Assembly (NCBI GenBank): GCA_023213395.1
Contig: CM041465.1
Span: 72,485,741 to 72,549,740, forward strand
Length of the DNA: 64,000 nt
Direction: 5' to 3'
From: Cycas panzhihuaensis
Lineage: Eukaryota > Plantae > Cycadophyta
Shown: in pieces, positions 52,948 through 64,000 of the stretch
How positions within the stretch are numbered: the first letter of the stretch is position 1
Layout of the letters: every line of letters begins with the position of its first letter
The notes under the pieces: generated by a model
Database searches by the model: none
Told to the model about the DNA's origin: nothing
Seen by the model: the letters and a program-made list of their open reading frames with translations, nothing else
Position numbers and translations under genes: made by a program

Positions 52948-54444
52948 ATTACTACTTTTTAAAATAAATTAAATATTGATACTAACTTTAATATTGAATA
53001 TCAATCAAAGATATAAATAGCATTTGGTTTTCTCAACATGTTAATTAGTGGCAATGGCATCTTACATATCAAGGGTATTATACTACATTGAAGTAGATAT
53101 GGGATATGGTTGTGAATGTATTTAAGCATAAGGATAATACTAGAGCCCTGAACTTATGGAGTCAATTATATAACCTAAAAATGATTAAGAAAAAACTGGA
53201 AAACATATGATATGTGAGATTAATTTAAGATCAACTATTGACTATAGGTGATATCATTCTTAATTCAGAGATCATTGCCTATATATTAAGAAATCTACCA
53301 CCCTGATATGAGAACTTCACAACCACATTGACTTTATTTGATAAATCATCTATGTTGGATATTAATTATTTAGAATCATTATTTATGGAACATGAGTAGA
53401 TGCTAGAGCATATACACAATGAATCATATGGAGAGCTATCACCCAAATCAAAAGGTAAGAATCCCTTTGTTCTAAAGAAAAATATATCTTCTAAACCTAT
53501 AGTTCAAAAGGAAAGACTAAGAGCTTCAAAGGGATAATACAAGTTAAAGTGTTATCATTGTAGGAAGTTAGATTACATCAAAAAGGATTATTGGGAATAG
53601 AAACAATAATAATATCAACCCCAACAATAGAGGTAACAACCATGATAATAATAACCACCTAGATAACATGGTCATGTTACAAATATAATAAAGGAAACAC
53701 CTATTAAAATTACAAAATGATTATTTATTATAGCATACAAAATAGGTTTAGATACACTAGATGTTTAGTTCATTGATTCTAGTGTATCAAGATACATGAC
53801 TAGAAGGTTATAATGATTAAAATAATAACCTAATATGTTGGATATATTGAACACTTTATAAGTGTTACATATGTATAAGGAGGTTAAAATTTTAGTCTTT
53901 CTTTAGTGCAATTTTCTCCTCCAACCTTCTATAGGGGGATCTAAGGGAGATAGCAGTTCCCTTTGGCAAGGGGGGTATACCCCCCCCCCCCTTCCTTTGC
54001 AAAGCATAGGTTTGGGCGTGATAGACCCCAAAGTAAATTTTAGGGTTAAAATAGAAAAGAGAATTAGGGTTATTCATCATAAAGACCCTAGATCTAATTA
54101 TTTAGATCTTGTACCATCTTATGACATTTTTTATATAACCTAAATTAGATAATTCTTTGTAGAGTGGATGAGTTGATGAGGTAAGTTGAGGTTTCATCTC
54201 TATAATTCTTTAGCTTTTCCTCAGATTAATAAAAGGTCTATGCTTAGACCTAAATCTCTTAGTGTTCTTTGTTGTGTGCTTGATTTGTTTATGTTATTTA
54301 TTATTTACATATTTAAAGTTCTATTAATATTGCTTTCACAGTTATATTTTACTCTTCATTTAGTATCAAAGCTAAGGGTTTTAGTTCTGTGGGAAGCCAT
54401 TTAGTAAGTGGGAGTTTAGTTTGGTGAACTTAAGTATAAAGATT

Positions 54445-57400
54445 ATGGTAAGCATTATGAAGATAGAGATTGAAAAGTTTAATAACCAAAACTTTAAGTT
54501 GTGGAAGCTAAAGATGAGAAATATTCTCATCAAAAAAGATTAGTGGATCAATGTAGCAGGAATAAAACATGCAACTATGGGTGGTGAAGGATAGAAGAAG
54601 CTTGATTGAAAAGTAATTAGTTCGATAAGGTTATACCTTTTAGACACAGTGTAATTGAATGTTACATAGAGCCTACAACCAAAGATTTATGGACAAAGTT
54701 ACGGGCTTTGTATCAAACTAAGTCCTTAGTTAATAAGCTATTTCTTTGAAAAAAGTTCTATTCACTCAAGATGAGTGATAGAGATGTAGTTGTAGATTAT
54801 TTCACTATATTTAATATTGTGGTAAGCCAACTTACTTTAATTGGGATAATAATGTATGAAGAAGATAAGCATATTACCTTGTTATGTTCGCTTCCTAATT
54901 CCTAAGGTAAACTTATGATGACGATTAGTAGCAAGCTTGCTCCCACCCTAAAATTTGAAGATGTTATTACGACTCTACTATTAGAAGAGATAAGGTAAAA
55001 ATCTTATAAAGATTATTTAAAAGAAGCATTAACAGTAAGAGGTCAAATGTTGAATCATGACTAACAAAATCCTAGGAACAGATAGCCAAAATCTAAAGGG
55101 AAATATAAATCTCTAAGTAGAGGCCCATTGATATGTTGGAGATGTAGGAAGGTTAGCCATATAAAGAGCTAGTATCGAGTCAAGGTTAACAAGGAAAAGT
55201 CATGTGAAGTTACTTCTTCCATGGTAGCAAAATCCTTTAATGAAGTTGATGGCAATGTTTATTTAGCAACCTCAGGTAGGTTATTAAATGTCAAGTCTTG
55301 GTTAATTGATTCTAGTGCTTTACTTCATATTACTCCCTATAGATAGTGGTTTTGTGAATACATAAGTATTGATAAAGGTGAAGTATTTCTTAGGGATCAT
55401 TACCCATATAAAATTATGGGTCATGGAAGGGAGAAGGTTCAATTTAGAGATGGAAGGGTTAAAACTAGCCCTGATGTGAGCCATATTATTGGTTTGGCTA
55501 TGAGTCTATTGTCTGTTAGTCAATTATGTGATGCATGAATAGAAGTGATTTTTAATAAAGATAGTTACAAAATGGTACAAGGAGAATTGGTATTAACAAG
55601 AAGGGTTCAATTTAGAATGTTATATAAGCTTAATGTAAGAATATTATGTGCTGATAATTGTAGTCTAGTTATTACAAAAAGTAGTAATAATATATATAGG
55701 ACCCAAATATCACTTACTAGTAAAACTATGTTGTGGTATTAGAGATTGAGCCATATTGGAGAGAAAGGCCTCCATGATTTATTCCCCAAAGGTATGGCAG
55801 AAGATATCTTTGGAATTAATGACTCATTTGATTTTGATTTCTATGAATATTATATGTATAGAAAATAGAATCATATTAGTTTTCCTTCAAGCTCAAAGAG
55901 AGCAAAGGGTATTCTACAATTAGTGCATAGTGATGTTTTTAGACCTGTTAATGTACCCTCATTAGGTAGGTCTAAATTCTTTATCTCATTTATAGATGAT
56001 TTCTTGAGAAAAACACAATTGTATTTTCTCAGGAAGAAATCTGAGGTCTTCAAAAAATTTAAACAATTCAAGGCCTTGGTCAAGAATTAGAGTGATAAGC
56101 AGATCAAGGTACTAAGGATTAATAATAGAGGTGAGTTTTGCTCAAAGAAGTTTCAGTAATTCTATAAGTAATATGGAATAACAAAGTAACAGATAATTCC
56201 CTATATACCACACCAGAACAAAGTTATTGAAAGGATGAATAGGACCTTGTTAGAGAGATCAAGAAGTATACTCATTGTTGATGGATTAGAGAAGAAATTC
56301 TAGGCTAAGGCTATGATGTCTATAAGCTACCTAATAAACATATCACCAATAACTTCTTTAGTGTATAAAACACCTAAAAAAGTGTGGTCTAATAAGAAAC
56401 CATATCTTAGTCATCTTAAAGTTTTTGGTTGTGAAGCTTTTATGCATGTTCCTAAATAGCAGAGGACTAAGATTGATTTCAAAACATAAAGGAATATTTT
56501 TTATTAGTTATGGTGATGGTGTTAAAGGGTACAAATTTTATAACCTTGAAATATAAAATGTTGTGTATAGTCATGATGTTATCTTTAGAGAGGAGTTCAA
56601 GTCTCTAAAGAAAGATGAAGAACCAAAGAATGAAGACTCTAAGAAGGTATAATTTGAGGTAAAGGATAAAGATTATATATCAGAATATGAGTTAGCTAAA
56701 GAAGAAGGACCAGCTATAAAGGTAGCTCAATTTAAAGAACCCCACATCTTAAGGAGATCAACTTGTAAGAGAAGACAACCTAATAGGTATATTCTTAAAG
56801 ACTTTCATCACTCATTTTTTATTTTATCTTCTACAAATGATAATTTAGGAACTATTTGAAAGGATCTGGAGTCAAAAGAGAGCTAAATTTGGATGAAGGC
56901 TATTAAAAAAGAAATGATGACCTTCGATAAAAATAACACATGGAATTTGGTGGATCTATCTAATGGTAGAAAACCTGTTGATAACAAATATATCTTCAAG
57001 AAGAAGTTTTGGGTAGATGGTACTATGAAAAAGTATAAGGCTCACTTAGTAGCAAAGGGCTATACCTAGGTTAAGGGAATAGATTTTAGTGAGGTATTTT
57101 CTCCTATTACAAAAATAACTTCAATTAGATTTTTATTAGCCGCAGCAACTACTTATGACCTTAAGGTGGATTAAATAGATGTGAAGACTACATTTCTTCA
57201 CGGTGACCTTAAGAAAGAAATTTATATATTATAGCTTAAAGGTTTTAAAGTTACAAGGAAGGAGAATATGGTGTGTAGGTTAAAGAAGATATTATATGGC
57301 TTGAAATAGTTATTGAGGATGTGGTATTAGTAGTTTAATTTACATATGTTGGTAGATGGATTTGTGCATAACAAAGTAGATCATTGTGTCTATTATAAAT

Positions 57401-58380
57401 AGGTTTGTGATCACTTTGTTATTCTAGCATTATATATTGATGATATATTTTTAGTTAGTAACAATAAAGAAATGAATCAACTTGTGAAAGGCCAACTAGC
57501 ATCTCATTTTGAGATAAAGGACCTTGGTCTTGCACATTTTATTTTGGGCATTGAGATTAAAAGGGATAGGAGAAATAGGAAGATTTGGCCTAGCCAAAGA
57601 TGGTACATTGAGTCAATATTACAACGATTAGGTTATAGGATAGTAAACCAGTCAATATTCCTCTTCTTATTAGTTTAAAATTATTAGTAAAATAATGCCC
57701 AAAAACTCACCAAGAAGTTGAAGACATAGCATTTGTCCCTTTTGCTAGTGTTGTTGGTAGCCTGATATATGCAATGGTCTACACTTGACCAAACATTACA
57801 CATGCAATGAGAGCAGTTAGTAGGTACATGTCAAACCCAAGTAAGGAGTATTGGGTGGTTATGAAAAGGATTTTCAAGTATTTGTAGGGTACATCAAACT
57901 ATGGAATTTACTATTAAATAGAACCTAAGAGGTTTTGTTGATGTTGATTAGGCTGGAGATCTTAACAACAGAAGATCTATAAGCAGGCATGTTTTTACCC
58001 TTTATGGTGGCACAGTCAGTTGGATGAGCAAAAGACAACAAGTTGTGGCACTTTCTAGTATAAAAGAAGGGTATATGACAGCTACCCATGTATGTAAGGA
58101 AGTAGTTTGGTTACAAAGATTATGCATAGATGTTAGCTTTAAGCAGAATGTTGTGAAGGTAGATTATTATAGTCAAAGTGCAATCTACCTAACAAAGAAT
58201 CCCACTGTTCATGCTCAATTGAAGCATATTGATGTACAATTCTATTTTGTGAGAGAAATGGTTCAAGATTACAAAATATTGCTACATAAGAGAATGTTGT
58301 AGATTTATTGACCAAGGTTGTTAGCACAGAAAAATTTAAATGATGTAAAAAGGCAATGGGTGTTTGTGATTTTGGCATTA
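54445..58380 (+). pseudogene. Copia gag-pol pseudogene
   Basis: ORFs 55545-55742, 57472-57678 and 58024-58302 are homologous to ORFs of 18500-22453 (e.g. ISLTSKTMLWY, QLASHFE.KDLG). Confidence 0.95.
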
Positions 58381-58429
58381 AGTAGTTGTGTATGCAAATT
58401 TCTTATAAAGTATTCAACAAGTGGAAGAT

Positions 58430-58966
58430 TATTAGATATGTTGAATACTTTACAAGTGTTATATATGTATAAAGAGGTTAAAATTTTGATCCTTCTTTGG
58501 TACAGTTTTCCCTTCCAACCTCCTACGAGGGGATCCTAGAGGGGCAATAGCCCTATTTGAAAGGGGGGTGCAGAGGGGGGAGATGTCTTCCCCCCCAGCA
58601 AAGTAGGGGTTCAGGGGAAGTAGCCCCTAAAGCAAATTTTAGGGTTCAAATAGAAAATAGAATTAGGGTTATTAATCATAAAGATCGTAGATCTGAAAAT
58701 TCAGACCTTGTACCTTCTTATAACATTCTTTATATAACCTGAATTAGGCAATTTTTTGTAGAGTGTACAGAGTGGATGAGTTGATGAGATGAGCCAGGGT
58801 TTCATCTCCATAATTCTTTAGCTTTTACTCAAATTAATAAAAGATTTATGCTTAGAGTTGAATCTCCTAATATTCTTTATTGTGTGCTTGATTTGTTTAT
58901 GTTATTTGTTCTTTGCATTATTAAAGTTCTGTTAATATTACTTTCACGGTTATATTTTGCTCTTCA
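58430..58966 (+). repeat. 3' LTR of Copia 53836-58966
   Basis: Aligns with 53836-54358. Confidence 0.93.
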
Positions 58967-61900
58967 TAATACATACTTTCATTTTTGTCAGTCTCTTACT
59001 TAGTTAGAGTCACTAAATTGAATTAGGCCTAGTTTATCTGTCTTAGTATATTGCAGCCCAAGTTTTAATGTACATTTGATGTATCTTAAAATTTGTTTGG
59101 TAGTATTCAAGTGAATAACCATTGGATTATGTATAAATCTAGAAATAACTCCTATTGAAAAGGATATATCTAGTTTAGTTGTTATTAAGTAAATAAGGCA
59201 TTCAACTAGTTGTCTAAAGAGTGTTCCACTTACTTGATGGTTATCTTTATCAACTATTACAATATAACCTATTTTCATAAGTGTGGCATAAGAATTACAT
59301 TATTCCATATTAAATTTCTTAAGAAAATTCATGGTATACTTTGATTGTGAGATAAAGATGTCATTTGTTGCTTAATGAACTTATATGCCAAGATAATAAT
59401 AAAGTGCACCCGTATCAGTCAATCTAAAATTATTTTCCATTTGTGTTCACACCCATTTTATAGTTTAATAATCATTACTTGTAACAATCAAATCATCTAC
59501 TTATACAATAATTATAATAATCAAGTATTTTTGTTTCTTAATATAAAGACTTAGATCAACTTCACATCTATTAAATGCTTTCTTTTAGAAATGATGATCT
59601 AATCTTATATACTAGGTTCAAGGTAATTGTTTTAAGTTGTATAATCTTGTAGAGTAGATATTCCTCTCATTCCTTTCTACACCCAAGTGGTTATTCTATA
59701 TAGACTTCTTCATTTAGATCACCATTTAGAAAGTCACTTTTTATATCAAGTTGTATAATTTTCCATCCATATTGTGCTTCAAGAGTTATAACTATGTGGA
59801 TGGTTATTAATTTTACTACTAGAGCAAAAGTTTCTTCATAATCAATACTTGTAGTCTGAGTATATCTTTTTTTAATAAGTCTAGCTTTATACTTTTCAAT
59901 AGTACTATCAAACTTCTCTTTTATCTTGTACACCCATTTGTAACCTATAATAGGTTTACCTTCAAGTGGAGGAACTAACTCTTAGGTATTATTTTGATTT
60001 ATAAAGGCCATTTCTTTATTCATAGCTTCTAGTCACTCTATTTTCTAACAAGCTTCTTTAAAATTTTGAGACTTAATTGAACAAGTTAATGCTTAATGTC
60101 TTTGAGACCTAGTTTTCTGTTCAAAGACATCTCCTTTTGATTCTTCTATAGTTTTTAAATATAATCTTGATAGCCTTTTCTTAGAAGTACTTATATATTT
60201 TTTTGTTCCAAATAATGTTTTTAGTTCTTCGTGAGATGATGTCTCTTCTTGATCATGAGATATAGATTCTTTCTCAATTGTATTTTCTTCATTGGAGGGC
60301 TCCACATTTTTTCCCATTATTATGCCTTTTTTAGTGCATGCAAAATTCTTAGTGATTGGAGTAACTTTATCAAAAGTTATATCTTTGCTTATATAGATTT
60401 TATTAGTTTTTGTATATGTACAGTGATAGACTTTTGAATTATTACTATATGCAATTATAATATATTCAATATTTTTTTTTTTTATCTTAGTTCTTTTTTT
60501 ATTTGGGATGTCTATGTAAGTAGTGCTTCCAAAAATTCTTAAATGACTTACATCAGGTTTCCTACTTATCCATACTTTTTTTGGAGTAATTTTATCAAGA
60601 GCTCTTATTGGAATTCTATTTATGAAATAAATAACTATGCTAATTACTTTAATCTATTATACATTTGAGACATATTTTTCTTTCATCATACATAGTATCA
60701 TTTTTATTATAGTTATATTTAGCATTTCAGCTACCACATTAGACAGTGGGTTATATGGAGTGGTGATCTGTCTATGAATACTATGCATTTTATAAAAATT
60801 AAAAACTTATTCAAAACATATTCTCCTCCTCTATCTATCCTAAAGTATTTTGATTTTGTATCAACTTTCTAATTCAAGTTGAGATTTAAATTCTTTAAAG
60901 CAATTAAGAGCTTCTAATTCACTAAAGATAAAGAACACCTAGGATTTTCTACTGAAGTAATTTATAAATGTAAGAAAATATATAATGCCACTAATGGAAT
61001 TTCATATAATTGATATACATATATCACTATAGACTAGCTCTAGTTTTTCTTATAACCTCTAATTACTTTCTTGAAATGATGCTCGATGTTGTTTACCTAG
61101 CATACAGTTTTTACAAAGAGGAATATTTGTTATAATGTTAATAGGCAATCCATCAAACATAACAAAATTTTTTAGTATTTTTAGTCTATCATCTGCAATA
61201 TGTCTATACCAAGAATGCCAAATTTTCTTATTAATACTTAGAGAAGTAAAAGTTTTTACAAAAGAGAGAATAGGAATAGAGACTAATTTGTAGAGATTAT
61301 CAGTCTCTATCCCTTGAGCAATGATTTCATCTCCCTTTTTCATATCATGGACATAACATTTTTTATCTTTATAGAAGATGACTCAAAGCCTTTTCTTTCT
61401 TAATTATGATATAGAAAGAAGAATTTTTTTCAATTATGTGACAAACAAACATTACTAATTTTTTGATATATTACATGATTATGATTGCAATAGTTTCTTT
61501 GCCTTCAATGTTTAGAGAGAAATATCACCTAATTCAATTGTTTTATTTATTAGATATGGATGAAGAGTTTCACATCAATCCTCTCTCCTAGTTATATGGT
61601 TTAAGGCTCTAGAATCAATAAACTAGTTTTCCTAATGATAAGTACACAAGGCCAAGGCAACAATAAAAACAACTTCTTCTTCCTCCTTATCTTTAAATAG
61701 TTCATTATCATAGTTACCTTCTATATATTTTCCTTTAAAAAAATCAACTCTTTTATAGAAACAATTATTTGAAATGTGTTTATATCTACCACAGTAATAA
61801 CAAAGATGAGTTTCTACTAATCTATAATATATAACAAAGTGTCATAGTCTACTATAGTGATAATATAATGAGGTATCTATTAATCTTTCTTTGCCAGATC

Positions 61901-64000
61901 ATGATCTTCCTTTACCTATTCTTACATCTACTAATCTTTCTCTCATGCCTCTTCCTCATTATCCAAATTATAAGTCTAGGGAGAAATACTTCTTTGACTT
62001 ATGTTTCTTCCTCATATCTTTGTATCCTCTGCTCTTGTTAGAGAAGATGTCTATATAAGGTATCGAATAACATATTATTAACCTATCCTCCCATAGTAAG
62101 TGTGTTTACTAGATTATCAAATGATTTTGGTAGTTTTAGTACTAAGCAAATAATTTTGCATTTCATATGGATTTTTTTACAAAAGTGAGATTATCTTTCA
62201 TTTCTACTAATTTGGTAATGAAATCATAAAGTTGTTCACCCTCCCTTAAATGAAGATGGTACAATTACTCCCTAAGAGTAATGATATGGGTTTCATTATT
62301 CTGACTATATAGAGATGTAAGAACTTTATAAGCTTCTATTAAAATGGAGGCTTCACTAATATGGGTTAACATGGAATCACTTATAGATAGAGTAATAATT
62401 ACTAATGATTGCCTATCTCTTTCTGCCCAACTAGCAAGCTTTATAGTATCTTTAACAACTTCTTTTTATTATTTCTCTATGACAGTATCCTAGGCATTTT
62501 TGACAACTAAGAAGCCCTTCATTTTAATTTTCCATGCTTCATAGTATTGACTAATTAACTTATCTAACTCTCCCAATGAATAAATTGAAGCTATTTTATG
62601 ACAAATAATAAAAAGAACTCTTTTTTTATCTATGATAGGCCAAGTCTATATGACTATATAATTGTATAGTGAAAGTATAGGTGTACATATTTTAACGGGA
62701 AAAAATCCTAAATTTAGATTTTTATTACTATCTACTAGGATCTGAAGTCAAATTTTAAATCACATTTTTAGATTGAGAGAAAATTGGCCCAAAAAATAGA
62801 GGGATAATTAGGGTTTAATTTATATTTTTATTCATAACTAAAAAAATCTCTAAGCAACTCTACAAACTTATATTTAATAGAAAGCTTATGCTTTCAGGAA
62901 GATTTTAAGAATACTTTTAATGAGTAAATTTAAGAAAATAGGGAGAAATCAATAGTAGAATATTCAAACCCACACCTTAGGTTTTTTAATATTTTTTGCT
63001 TACTGAGAGAGATTTTATAGACAAAGCTTTGGAATAGCAGACTCTACTCCTCAAAACATCTTTACTGGTGAAATTTTGTGACAAACTAAGTACTTCAATT
63101 TTTTTATTATATAAGGTCGCATAGATCCATATAGAAAATACAAAGTCATCAAGCGTTATTCTTTCTCCTTTTCCAAAAGAGTAATATTTGACATCCCTAC
63201 CTAACTTATTGTGATACTTTGTTGAAAAATAGATTTAGAAAGAAAATGATCTTCATTGATTAATGGGAGAGAGTTTCTCTATCTTATATATAATTTATTT
63301 ATATGAGTCCTAGTACATGTATGACAAGTGTCATTTTTAAACTGAAGAGGGACAATAATATATAACCCTCTATTTATATAAGAGACCTTTAAGTACAAGG
63401 CATAGGATAAAATATTAATATTCTAACATGAATAGGTCACCTAAACTACAATTGCTTCTAATTCATTCATAAGTCAAAATGATACATGTGTAAACCCTAT
63501 ATATTTGGAAAACAACACAGAGAATAATTTCTAAAAAATAAAGTATGGAGAACTAGTGAGAAACTGGTATTAGATCAATCAGATATCTATGGACTAATGC
63601 TTTTTATCTCACTAAGTGGAGCAAGATATTTTATTACTTTTATTAATGACTTTTTATAGAAAGTTTAGGTTTTTCCACTAAGAGAAAAATTGCAAGCCTT
63701 TACTTGTTCAAATAGTTTAAGGAGTTGGCAAAGAATAAAAGTAAATAGAAGATAAAGGTCACATAAACTAATAATGGTAGATAGTTTACTTTTAATGAGT
63801 TCAATCAATTTTGTAAGGATCATGGAATTAAGAGAGAGTTTTCTATAACCTATATGCCCCAGCAGAATAGAGTTGTTAAATATAAGATGTACCAAACCCT
63901 AATGGTTCTTCAACTTCAAGCACAAAAGGTAGGAAATATGGTAGCCAACATTTGATTTTATTATCAATAAAAACCAAATTATAACCTAGATTTCTTGAGA

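Larger units (their letters stand above)
53836..58966 (+). mobile_element. Full-length Ty1/Copia (same gag-pol family as 17383-23036), decayed
   Basis: LTRs 53836-54358 and 58430-58966, perfect TSD taata (53831-53835 / 58967-58971), PBS-like tagtatcaaagc at 54361-54372 and PPT aagtggaagat at 58419-58429. Confidence 0.96.
53816..63428 (-). mobile_element. Minus-strand Copia, 3'-truncated, hosting element 53836-58966
   Basis: Putative 5' LTR 63220-63428 (tgttga...ctaaca) with a degenerate PBS at ~63208-63218. gag starts at ~62595; ORFs 61059-61343, 59691-59933 (KYKARLIKKRY, FLNGDL) and 59000-59278. The RNase H start continues ~20 bp left of the nested TSD. Confidence 0.85.
47165..63890 (+). 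mobile_element. Old host Copia broken into three pieces (47165-47323, 52953-~53815, 63429-~63890) by nested insertions
   Basis: gag N-terminus IIKKLIGFENYTI*K at ~47190-47240. gag continues after the TSD at 52953 (RNLPP*YE, knuckle CYHCRKLDYIKKD) to protease FIDSSVSRYMT at ~53770-53800. gag-pre-integrase/integrase (IGHLNY, FGKQHRE, YFITFINDF) follows from 63429. Confidence 0.75.

Overview
This AT-rich, gene-free window looks like repeat-dense DNA from a large plant genome; a gymnosperm is my guess from the element types and composition. It consists almost entirely of nested, decayed retrotransposons, and I found no intact host gene. Three complete Ty1/Copia elements have paired LTRs and target-site duplications (TSDs): 6850-12118, 47324-52947 and 53836-58966. 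A fourth TSD-bounded Copia (17383-23036) has an unusual three-LTR, two-PBS structure. The window also holds interrupted Copia hosts, several Ty3/Gypsy remnants (two with a chromodomain-type C-terminus), a full-length L1-clade LINE with RNase H and a 14-bp TSD (28922-35111), a TRIM-like element (43368-44755), a short-LTR gag-stub element, long microsatellites and a possible tRNA-derived relic. All gag-pol and LINE frames are broken, mostly by C>T/G>A changes. I see no convincing new enzymatic system. The most interesting structures are the triple-LTR Copia, a GC-rich multi-hairpin/G-run module in Copia U3 regions with apparent U3 swapping between families, an inverted LTR-end+PBS+leader inside one Copia, and a (TA)n expansion in only one LTR of a pair. 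All boundaries were read by eye; those not anchored by a TSD, PBS or PPT are approximate.
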